In this document: in pieces, positions 19,948 to 28,346 of the stretch | How positions within the stretch are numbered: position 1 is the stretch's first letter | Layout of the letters: the number at the start of each line of letters is the position of its first letter | DNA from: an uncultured Saprospiraceae bacterium | GTDB taxonomy: Bacteria > Actinomycetota > Acidimicrobiia > Spongiisociales > UBA5794 | Direction of reading: 5' to 3' | Assembly: GCA_964195515.1 (NCBI GenBank) | Contig: CAXMQO010000036.1 | Location: 1-58,959, forward strand | Length of the DNA: 58,959 nucleotides | Notes under the pieces: generated by a model | What the model was told of the DNA's origin: nothing | Databases searched by the model: none | What the model saw: only the letters and a program-made list of their open reading frames with translations | Program-made: the position numbers and the translations under genes

Positions 19948-20925
19948 ATGAGCAAATGGCAGATCCCGCCAGACGGCGGCCACATGGAGCGCCCGACGGG
20001 CATCTATCACCAGACGATGACGGGGAAGCAGATCGAGGACCGGCTCAAGGAGAACGACCTCATCATCATCCCAATCGGGAGCACCGAGGCCCATGGTCTG
20101 GCTCAGAATCCCGGTGAAGACACGTTCCTCGTCACCAGGCAGGCGGAGCAGGTGGCCCAGGCGACCGGTTGTACAGTGGCTGAACCTATCTGGTATGGGT
20201 CCCATCCCTTCCATCACCTCGGCATGCCCGGGAACATCGTCATCCCTGAAGAGACGTTCAACGCCTACCTGCGAGCGGTCATCGCGGGCTACTGGAATGC
20301 CGGATTCCGTAAGCAGATTCTGCTGAACGGGCACGGCCAGGACTACGTGATTCCTGCCGCAATGCACCAGTTCGGGAAGAAGTATCAGGTCCCCGCCATC
20401 CTGGTCAACGTCAACTGGTGGTTCGTGATCCCGGAGCACCTCCGCGACAAGGAACACGGTGGGCCGTTCGATACTGCGTTCATCCACGGCGACGAATGCG
20501 AAGCCTCATTCTCGATGGCGCTCTTCCCGGAGTTCATCGACATACAGCACGCCGAGAAGACGTCGTTCACACCCTTGCTGCCTCCCGGGCACATCAACAA
20601 GTCGGGTTCGGCGTTGCCGCTTTCCGAGGGACCGCTTCCGTTCTGGCAGCAGGTCGGCGGTTCTCCTCTCGAGGTAGTCGCAACCCCGGAGGGTTCGGTC
20701 GGCGACCCCACGCTGGCCGATCCGGAAAAGGCGAAGGGCGGGGTCAACGCGATCCTCGACTACTTGGAGCGATTGGTCAACGACATCATGGAGATGTACC
20801 CGCCGGGGGTGCTCCCTCCGATCGAACAGGTGAGCATGCGTCCTCGAGAGGATGTCGAAGCCGTACTCAAGGGCCCACGAGAGCCAGGAGGCCGTCACCT
20901 GTACACGTTCGCCTATCCGCCGTAA
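19948..20925 (+). CDS. iolN: 3-dehydro-scyllo-inosose hydrolase (creatininase family)
   Basis: MERPTGIYHQTMT, GSTEAHG...GEDTFLVTR, AGYWNAGFRKQILLNGHG, FIHGDECE; close to Thermotoga IolN as recalled. Confidence 0.8.
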   Translation: MSKWQIPPDGGHMERPTGIYHQTMTGKQIEDRLKENDLIIIPIGSTEAHGLAQNPGEDTFLVTRQAEQVAQATGCTVAEPIWYGSHPFHHLGMPGNIVIPEETFNAYLRAVIAGYWNAGFRKQILLNGHGQDYVIPAAMHQFGKKYQVPAILVNVNWWFVIPEHLRDKEHGGPFDTAFIHGDECEASFSMALFPEFIDIQHAEKTSFTPLLPPGHINKSGSALPLSEGPLPFWQQVGGSPLEVVATPEGSVGDPTLADPEKAKGGVNAILDYLERLVNDIMEMYPPGVLPPIEQVSMRPREDVEAVLKGPREPGGRHLYTFAYPP

Positions 20926-20970
20926 ACGCGGGCGACCGCACTGGAAGTCCGGAATGGGGGTTGATGTCTG

Positions 20971-21780
20971 ATGTTCAAGACAAGCATGGCCATCTCCCCC
21001 ACTCCGGCCGTTTTTGCCCCGTTGCTCTTCGCCGGTGACTGGACGTCGGCACTCGATGCCGCAGTTGACTTGGGATACGACGCGATCGAGATCAGCGTCC
21101 GCGATCCCGGAGACCCGGCGGTGGTGTCGTGTGATGATGGCCTGCGCCGACGCGGCCTTCAACTTTCAGCGATCGCCACGGGACAGTCGTTCTACTCGGA
21201 CGGATGGTCGCCGACCTCGGATGATCCCGCGGTGCGAGCGCTCCTCGATGTGCGTATGTACCGCATCATCGACCTCGCCGCCCCATGGGAGGCGATGGTC
21301 GTGATCGGGGGCGTACGTGGCACGCTGACCGGATCGGATCTCGAACATATCGACCAGTACCACCGGGCCGTGGACGCGGTTCGCCGGTATGCCGAATACG
21401 CGCTCGCACAGAATGTCTCACTTGTCATCGAACCGATCAACCGATACGAGACGAACTACATCAACACCATCGAGGAGGCGCTGCAGTTCATCGGCGACGT
21501 TGATCTCGACAACCTTGGAATCCTCGCCGACACCTTCCACATGAATATCGAGGAGGCGAACCTGGCCGAGTCGTTGCGATCGGCCGGCGAGCGTATCCAC
21601 CACGTGCAGTTCACGGATAGCAATCGCCTGGCGGCAGGCCGGGGCCACATCGACTTCCACGCCTTGGCGGCGGTGCTCAGGGAGTCCGGCTATCGCGGAT
21701 ACCTCTCCACTGAGACGCTGCCACTGCCGGACAGCCGGACCGCCGCCCAACAGGCGATCGAGTTGTTCCGCACGCTCTGA
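20971..21780 (+). CDS. iolO: 5-keto-L-gluconate epimerase-like (TIM-barrel sugar epimerase)
   Basis: EISVRDP, TGQSF, IEPINRYET, DTFHMNIEE, DSNR, ETLPLP; directly after iolN. Confidence 0.72.
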   Translation: MFKTSMAISPTPAVFAPLLFAGDWTSALDAAVDLGYDAIEISVRDPGDPAVVSCDDGLRRRGLQLSAIATGQSFYSDGWSPTSDDPAVRALLDVRMYRIIDLAAPWEAMVVIGGVRGTLTGSDLEHIDQYHRAVDAVRRYAEYALAQNVSLVIEPINRYETNYINTIEEALQFIGDVDLDNLGILADTFHMNIEEANLAESLRSAGERIHHVQFTDSNRLAAGRGHIDFHALAAVLRESGYRGYLSTETLPLPDSRTAAQQAIELFRTL

Positions 21781-21895
21781 ATTCAACCGTGCTCGGGATC
21801 CGTGACCCGACAACATCGAACGTCGCCTCCCGAGCCTCCGGTTGAACCACTATGGCTCGGCGATCACATTCAGCGCACCGTCGCGACGCTCCTGC

Positions 21896-21986
21896 CACCC
21901 GGCACAGGACCTCCCGGGGTCCAGGCGCCGGCTTGGGCACCTCCTCGATGCCGAACGTCGTTCGGGGCGGCGAACACTACGGCCTC
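21896..21986 (-). pseudogene. 5' remnant of a Zn-dependent dehydrogenase
   Basis: EAVVFAAPND / IEEVPKPAPGPREVLCRV across a 1-nt frameshift; no start codon; resembles the N-terminus of 18786-19880. Confidence 0.6.
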
Positions 21987-22002
21987 TGTGAATCGTCTCC
22001 GC

Positions 22003-22893
22003 TCAGAGCATCGCCAACGGATCGACCATCGAGCCTGTGGCCCCGCGGATCTTCAGCGGCAGCATTACGAAGAGGAACTCGTACACCCGGTCGCGAGCGA
22101 TCTCCTCGAGGTAGATGCTCTCGAGCAGGTAGATCCCGTTCTCGATCAGCAGCTTCGTGTGGACCGGCTGCGGGTTCGCAGGCGAACCACGATCCGGTGT
22201 CGGCATCACCTCGTAGGTCTCGGTATCGGTGCCGGTGGCGACCACACCTTTCTCCAGTAGCCATTCGGCCGCGGAGAGATCAGGGCCGGCCGTCTTGTGC
22301 TCGGCCATCGCCTCGGCGTCCGGCCAGTACTTGAGATACCCCGTGCGGATGAGCACGACATCCCACGGCCGAATCTCGACGCCCTGTGCCTCTGCAATGG
22401 CCTGCAACTCGTCCGCCCCGATGGGTTCACTCGACGGAAGGGCATCGATGCCGCGATAGGCAGGCGGATCCAGCAAGACACCGCGAGTGAAGAACGGCGG
22501 GAGGTGCGAGGCATCCCCGACGATCGGACCGTGGTCCGTAAGGTGCTCCGCGGTGTTGCCGCCTCCGTACCAGTGATTGTCGTCGCCAATGGTCATGTGG
22601 CCAAGGCCGTCGATGTGGGCGCCGGAGTGCGAACACGCCATCACGTACTCAGCCATATATCCGAGACCCACCTCGTTCGGCGGTCCCCACGGCTGAACCC
22701 CTCCGGCCTTGATGCCGGGAGGCGTCCGATAGTTGAGCACCTGGAACGGCGGATGGCCGGGGAAGAGCGGCATCCCGGTGAATCGAGGAACCGACAACGA
22801 GTAGGAGCGCCCCTCCTTCACCATCTGCGCTGCTTCAACAACCTTCTCTGCCGGCATGTCCCTCACGGGACCAACGTGTTGAATCTCGCTCAT
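22003..22893 (-). CDS. Cyclase family metal-dependent hydrolase (kynurenine formamidase-like)
   Basis: HSGAHIDGLGH, RGVLLD, LIRTG, GTDT, VHTKLL, ATGSMVDP; ATGA overlap with upstream gene. Confidence 0.87.
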   Translation of the reverse strand: MSEIQHVGPVRDMPAEKVVEAAQMVKEGRSYSLSVPRFTGMPLFPGHPPFQVLNYRTPPGIKAGGVQPWGPPNEVGLGYMAEYVMACSHSGAHIDGLGHMTIGDDNHWYGGGNTAEHLTDHGPIVGDASHLPPFFTRGVLLDPPAYRGIDALPSSEPIGADELQAIAEAQGVEIRPWDVVLIRTGYLKYWPDAEAMAEHKTAGPDLSAAEWLLEKGVVATGTDTETYEVMPTPDRGSPANPQPVHTKLLIENGIYLLESIYLEEIARDRVYEFLFVMLPLKIRGATGSMVDPLAML

Positions 22894-25142
22894 GTCTTCT
22901 GCTCCCTCATTGCTTCCCAAACTCGCTGCGGCGTCAACGGCAGATCTCGGATCACGAGACCGGTAGCGTCGCGCACTGCGGCGCCGACGGCCGGGGCAGT
23001 GCACAACAGGCTGCCTTCGCTGACACCTTTCACGCCGTAAGGCCCCGGTCCATCATGATTCTCGATACTGGCGCTGATCAACTCGGTCGGGAGATCCTTG
23101 CTCGTGGGAATGCGATAGTCGATGGCACCCAGGTTCCTGGTGCGTCCCTGCTCATCGAGGATGAGTCCTTCCATCAAGGAATGGCCGAGGCCCATAATCG
23201 CCGCACCGTCGTCCTGCCCCTGCACCTGCTGTGGGTTGAGCGCCGTTCCGACGTCGCCGACCGTTACGTGTTTGACGATCTCGATCTCACCCGTCTCGTC
23301 GTCGACCTCGGCTTCGATAGCCGTACAGTTGAACTCGAAGAACGCGGCATTCCCGGCGAGGGGGTGGCCGGGAACCTTGTCCTTCCGCATCTCCCCGTTG
23401 CCGATGACTTCTCCGCCGAGTGCACCGAGGCCTGCCGTGACCACATCAGTGATCGCCAACTCCTCGCCGGCCATACGTACGACCCCGCCATCCACTTCAA
23501 TTTCGGCTTCGTCGGTCTCATGGACCCGGGCGGCCATTGCCCTCACCTTGCCATGGATGTCTTTGCATGCTCGATAGACCGAGGTGCCCATAAGCACAGT
23601 CGATCGGCTTGCGGATGTCTGCTGGTCGTACGGCACCGTGGCCGTATCACCCATGATGACGTTGACGTTCTCGATCGGAATGCCCATCTCCTGGGCAACG
23701 ATCTGAGCGAACACGGTTCGGGCGCCTTGGCCCATGTCAGAGGTGCCGCAGAAGATGATCGCGCTGCCGTCGGCGAGGAGCCTCACCGTCGAGTACGACA
23801 AACCGGTCGTCGGACCCGACTTGATTCCGAAGGCGATACCTCGACCACGGCCTTCTGGCAGCGGTGTTCCCCAGCTGATCAACTCTGCGGCTTTGTCCGC
23901 CGTCTGGCGCCAATCCCCGTCGGCGGGCGTATCGCCCGGCACGAACTCAAAGCCCTTCTCCGGCAGGTTGCGCCGCCGGATCTCGAAACGATCGACGCCG
24001 AGGTCGAGGGCCGCCTCGTCCAGCGTCGACTCGCGGGCCCACGTGATTTGGGGGACGCCGAAACCGCGAAACGCCGTTGTCGGTGTGGTGTTCGAGAGAA
24101 TGGTCCTTCCGGCGATCTTCACCACTGGAACCCGGTACGGGCCGGCGGCCAGATACGACGACTTCTCAGCCACTCGATCTGCGATATCGACGTATGCCCC
24201 AATGAGGTAGTCCGTCGCGATGTCCTGGAAGACCATGTCACCATCGTTGGTGAGCCCCATCTTCACCCGAACCCGGGTCGACGGACGCCGGACGGCCTGG
24301 AAAGTCTCCTCGAGCGACATGATCAGCCGCACCGGCTTGCCGGTCTTCAGCGCCATATAACAAACCAGAGGTTCGAGCTTCGGATGCTGCTTGCCGCCGA
24401 AACCGCCACCTGGATCGGGAGCGAAGACCCGCATCTTGGAGAGCGGAATGTCGAGGAGATTTGCAAGCGTCTTCTGCAGTTGGAACGGGTGCTGGATCGT
24501 GCTCCAGACGTTCAGCCCATCGTCCACCGGTTCAGCGATGAAACCATGCGGCTCGATGGCAAAGTGGGTGATCATCGGAAACTCGTACTCCCGCTCGATC
24601 ACGTAGTCCGCGTCACCTTCGACCGCCGCAACGTCGCCCCAGCCGAAGTTGATCTCGGTCTTGATGTTGGTGTGCGCGAGTGGCTCGCCGGGTCGGAGCG
24701 ATGGATCTTGCACGAGCGGCGCATCGGGATCCAACGCGGCGTCGATCGTGTGGACCTCGGGCAGAACCTCATACTCGACGTGCACGAGATCGGCCGCCTC
24801 CTCGGCGGCCTCCTTCGTGTCGGCGGCCACGGCAGCAACCGGCTCTCCGTGGTAGTTGACGGTTCCCACAGCGAGGACCGGACGATCCTGATACTGGGGC
24901 CCGAATCGCGGCATCGGCTTGGGGAGATCGTCCGGGGTCAGAATCAAACGGACACCGGGGACCTGCTCTGCTTTGGTGGTGTCGATCGAGACGATCCGGG
25001 CGCGGGACTCATCGATCTTGACGAGCTTGGCGTGCAGCTCGCCCACAGAGTGAATGTCGGCGACGTACTCCTGGGCGCCGGTGACTCGGTCTCGGCCACC
25101 GACCCGATTCGGCGAGGAGCCGATGATCCCGTCGGAACTCAT
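22890..25142 (-). CDS. Xanthine dehydrogenase family molybdopterin-binding (large) subunit 1
   Basis: GGGFGGK, AFRGFG, DMGQG, TSASRST, GQDDG, KGVSE. Confidence 0.92.
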   Translation of the reverse strand: MSSDGIIGSSPNRVGGRDRVTGAQEYVADIHSVGELHAKLVKIDESRARIVSIDTTKAEQVPGVRLILTPDDLPKPMPRFGPQYQDRPVLAVGTVNYHGEPVAAVAADTKEAAEEAADLVHVEYEVLPEVHTIDAALDPDAPLVQDPSLRPGEPLAHTNIKTEINFGWGDVAAVEGDADYVIEREYEFPMITHFAIEPHGFIAEPVDDGLNVWSTIQHPFQLQKTLANLLDIPLSKMRVFAPDPGGGFGGKQHPKLEPLVCYMALKTGKPVRLIMSLEETFQAVRRPSTRVRVKMGLTNDGDMVFQDIATDYLIGAYVDIADRVAEKSSYLAAGPYRVPVVKIAGRTILSNTTPTTAFRGFGVPQITWARESTLDEAALDLGVDRFEIRRRNLPEKGFEFVPGDTPADGDWRQTADKAAELISWGTPLPEGRGRGIAFGIKSGPTTGLSYSTVRLLADGSAIIFCGTSDMGQGARTVFAQIVAQEMGIPIENVNVIMGDTATVPYDQQTSASRSTVLMGTSVYRACKDIHGKVRAMAARVHETDEAEIEVDGGVVRMAGEELAITDVVTAGLGALGGEVIGNGEMRKDKVPGHPLAGNAAFFEFNCTAIEAEVDDETGEIEIVKHVTVGDVGTALNPQQVQGQDDGAAIMGLGHSLMEGLILDEQGRTRNLGAIDYRIPTSKDLPTELISASIENHDGPGPYGVKGVSEGSLLCTAPAVGAAVRDATGLVIRDLPLTPQRVWEAMREQKT

Positions 25143-25615
25143 TGCCTCCCCGCTTCCGCGGCCACCATGACCGCCTCGGTGATCTGCAGGTATCCGGCAC
25201 ACCGGCAGAGATTCCCGCCGAGTGCCTCGTGCACATCGTCAATCGTGGGATCCGCATTGCGCTGGAGCAACGCATGGGCCGACATCAACTGGCCCGGTAT
25301 GCAGAAGCCACACTGGGGGGCGCTGACGTCGAGGAACGCCTGCTGGAGAGCGTTCAGGTGCCCGTCCGCGGCCAAACCCTCGACGGTGGTCACGTCCCGT
25401 CCATCGATCTCAACGGCCAGCATGAGGCACGAGTTCATCGGGATACCATCGACGACGACTGTGCACGCGCCGCACTCGCCCACCACGCAGCACTCCTTCG
25501 TTCCGGTGAGGCCGAGTTGATCGCGGAGAACGTCGAGCAAGGTGTGGTTCGCTGCGACCTCGAACGCACGGTCGCGCCCATTGACGGTTGCTTCGATGTG
25601 GACCGTTTCGCTCAT
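25139..25615 (-). CDS. XDH-family 2x[2Fe-2S] subunit 1
   Basis: GTKECCVVGECGAC...C and QCGFC...CRC. Confidence 0.93.
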   Translation of the reverse strand: MSETVHIEATVNGRDRAFEVAANHTLLDVLRDQLGLTGTKECCVVGECGACTVVVDGIPMNSCLMLAVEIDGRDVTTVEGLAADGHLNALQQAFLDVSAPQCGFCIPGQLMSAHALLQRNADPTIDDVHEALGGNLCRCAGYLQITEAVMVAAEAGRQ

Positions 25616-26484
25616 GACACTCCTTGCAGCTTCTGCAGGCGCTCCGTGGCCCTGCCAACGGCGCGGGCACCAAGCACCCGCAACATCGCCCGTCGATAGT
25701 CCGGGCTCGCACGCATCGATCGCACCGACGGGCTGGCATCGACGAACATCTCTTCGTAGACGGCCGCCTTGGCTTCGCTGGAAGCGGCCGGATCAGCGAG
25801 CACTCCGGTCTCGTCGGTCTTGAGCCAGGCACGCGGTCCGACGCTTCCATAAGCGACTTGTGTGACACCGGCATCGTCGACCGTCGCACACAGCGTGACC
25901 GATGCCAGATCGGTGCCCCTGCGGCGGGTCATCCGCTCATAGGCGCTTCCGACGAGCCTGGGCGGCACCGCAAGTTCGATCGCGATCGCGATCTCGCCTT
26001 CGCGTAGGTCCGTTCGCCCGGGTCCGACGATGAAGTCGTCGATGGGAATCTTCCGGGTACCCTCGGACCCGGCCACCACGATGGTGGCGTCGTATGCGAG
26101 CAGCGGTGGCGCCGTGTCGGCAGCCGGTGAGCCGTTGCAGATGTTGCCGAGCAGCGTGGCCCGGTTCCTGATCTGTACCGAACCGACGACGACTGCAGCT
26201 TCAGCCAGCGCCGGGAAATGGGTGTTGATACCCTCGTCAGCCACCACCTCGCTCATCGTGGCTGTGGGGCTGAGTGTCACCGTATCTCCGTCCCAGGTGA
26301 GCGACGGAGAGAACTCGGCGATGTGCTTGATGTCGACGACAACCTTGGGCTGGGCGTATCGATCCCGCATGGCGATCACCAGATCGGTCCCACCGGCAAG
26401 GATCTCGGCTTCCGAACCATTGGCGCCGAGCACCTGCAGCGCTTCTTCGAGCGATTCAGGGCGTTCGTACGAGAACTCCTTCAT
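25612..26484 (-). CDS. XDH-family FAD-binding subunit 1
   Basis: LAGGTDL, QIRNRATLLGN, SPAADT, RASPDYRR. Confidence 0.92.
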   Translation of the reverse strand: MKEFSYERPESLEEALQVLGANGSEAEILAGGTDLVIAMRDRYAQPKVVVDIKHIAEFSPSLTWDGDTVTLSPTATMSEVVADEGINTHFPALAEAAVVVGSVQIRNRATLLGNICNGSPAADTAPPLLAYDATIVVAGSEGTRKIPIDDFIVGPGRTDLREGEIAIAIELAVPPRLVGSAYERMTRRRGTDLASVTLCATVDDAGVTQVAYGSVGPRAWLKTDETGVLADPAASSEAKAAVYEEMFVDASPSVRSMRASPDYRRAMLRVLGARAVGRATERLQKLQGVS

Positions 26485-26505
26485 GTCGTCACGCTTCCTT
26501 GTTCG

Positions 26506-27393
26506 TCAAATGACCTTGTCAACCTCGTCCATGAGCGCCTGCGGATTGGCGGCCCGAATCATGTAGAACGAGCGGGGAGCGCAGAAGCTCTCCGTGAATT
26601 CAGCCCGCGCCTTGCGCAGTGCCTCCGTGTCGGTCAGCGGCATCGAGTGGCCTATTGCGAGCAGTTCGTTGGTGAGGAAGTAGTTCTGTAGCGAGTGGAA
26701 GTTCTGGAACTGCGCCTCGAACTGGCCGAGTTCGGCCGTCGTTGGATCGAAGTTGCCGTCGATTGCGGGGACGATGACGATGTCGACGTTGCTCGGCTTG
26801 TCGTAGTCCTCCCACGTCGGCATCTCGTCACCGAAAAAGATCTGGGCTCCACGCTCGGGAGCTGCCTTGTCGGCACGCTCGGTCCCCTTGGCGCGGCTCT
26901 TGATGAAGACCGTCTTGGACCCCATGATCACGGTTCCGGTCTCATCGATCACCGTGGTCTCCGTCGAGATGAGGTCTCCACCGCGCCGGCACGCCTCGAT
27001 CTGGCACATGCTTTTGCCGTGGTTGGACTCGCCGCCGAGGAAGAGCACAGTCTTACCCTTGTAGCGCACAGCCGACGAGTGGAAGGGGTGCAGGCCTTCG
27101 GCCTCCATGCGAAGTGCGAGAACGGTGACGATCGCCTTCTGGATCGGCCCCTCGGCCCAATCACCGCTGAAGCGCATCGTTCTGCCGTCCCAGGTCACCG
27201 ACTTGTCTTCCGCATCGCGATCCCAAACGAGGTCCGGTTCGCCGACAATGGATTCGGTCGCCAATTGAACGTCCGCTAGCCGGTAGTTCATGAAGTCCAT
27301 GTTCTGGAGCACATGCTCGGGAACCTCGGAACCGATGACGTCGATCCTGATCCTCGCGGTGCTTGCCACCATCTCCTCGGTGAGCGTTGCCAT
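26506..27393 (-). CDS. HprK-related P-loop protein of unknown function
   Basis: FHSSAV followed by VLFLGGESNHGKS (Walker A) and LISTE where the family usually has SDD. Confidence 0.55.
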   Translation of the reverse strand: MATLTEEMVASTARIRIDVIGSEVPEHVLQNMDFMNYRLADVQLATESIVGEPDLVWDRDAEDKSVTWDGRTMRFSGDWAEGPIQKAIVTVLALRMEAEGLHPFHSSAVRYKGKTVLFLGGESNHGKSMCQIEACRRGGDLISTETTVIDETGTVIMGSKTVFIKSRAKGTERADKAAPERGAQIFFGDEMPTWEDYDKPSNVDIVIVPAIDGNFDPTTAELGQFEAQFQNFHSLQNYFLTNELLAIGHSMPLTDTEALRKARAEFTESFCAPRSFYMIRAANPQALMDEVDKVI

Positions 27394-27616
27394 TGTGGTT
27401 TCTCCTCAATCTGTTGTTGGTTCCTCGTATGGTCAGTTCGGGCGACCCTGGGCCGCCCGGCGATCGCGGTGAAGCCTTCGGCCATCCGGGCCCAGGCCAG
27501 GTGCCGATCACCGGCAGGGCTCTCGTCTAATCTCTGTTCCGCGGCGCCTCATCGCTCGTGGGGTTCTCGTGCCAGGGGTCGTCGCCACCGCTCCCCGCGA
27601 TCTCTCAACGTTCTTC

Positions 27617-28309
27617 CTAGCCCTCGGCAACTCCCTCGCCTACCCGGTCGAGGCCTTTGAGTAGGACGGCAGCCTCAGCAGCGTGCTTGCGACTCAACTC
27701 CGCCGCAAGCTCGGGATCCTGATCACGGATGGCGGCAAGGAGCGGCTCGTGCCTTGCCGACAGCCAGTGGAGGTCCATGCCGGGCGCCGAAGCCGTAACG
27801 TAGGTCCGGGCGAACGGTTCGAGCATCGACCACTGGCGCTGCAACGTTCGATTCTGGGACGCCGCGATGATCCTGGCGTGGAACCGGGTGTTGTTCAACG
27901 CTTGATCGTGGGCGTCTCCACGGTCGGCCGCTTCCTCCATCGCTGTATACAGCTCCTCGAGGTCGACGAGACATCGCTCGGAGCGGCGCTCCGCGGCCAG
28001 TCGGCCACCAAGCGCCTCGAGTTCAGCGCGCACCTCGATGGCTTCGGTGAGCTCCTCCATGGTTGGTTTGCGAACCCTTGCACCCTTGTGAGGTTTCATC
28101 TCGACGAACCCGAGGATCGCGAGATCGCGGAGCGCTTCCCTGACGGGAGCCTGGCTCACGCCCAGGTCGCGGGCCACCCGGGTCTCGACGATGCGAGACC
28201 CGGGCGCCAGCTCTCCTTCGAGAATCCACGTGAGAATGCGGTCCTTGACCCCGTCGGAGAGAATTTCTCTCGTCACATGGGTCGGTTGCTTCTCTTGTCG
28301 ATTCGTCAT
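27617..28309 (-). CDS. GntR family regulator (FCD-type effector domain)
   Basis: ELAPGSRIVETRVARDLGVSQAPVREAL HTH, NTRFHARI FCD motif. Confidence 0.92.
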   Translation of the reverse strand: MTNRQEKQPTHVTREILSDGVKDRILTWILEGELAPGSRIVETRVARDLGVSQAPVREALRDLAILGFVEMKPHKGARVRKPTMEELTEAIEVRAELEALGGRLAAERRSERCLVDLEELYTAMEEAADRGDAHDQALNNTRFHARIIAASQNRTLQRQWSMLEPFARTYVTASAPGMDLHWLSARHEPLLAAIRDQDPELAAELSRKHAAEAAVLLKGLDRVGEGVAEG

Positions 28310-28346
28310 GTCTGCTTTCAGGCTCTCGGGGAGCCCTCTCCTATCC

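Noticed and set aside
23055-25520. Long antisense ORFs (821 aa here; also 31582-33024, 45325-46461, 29550-30605, 47156-48361)
   Set aside because: Shadows of well-supported genes, expected in high-GC DNA with few stop codons; no recognisable motifs
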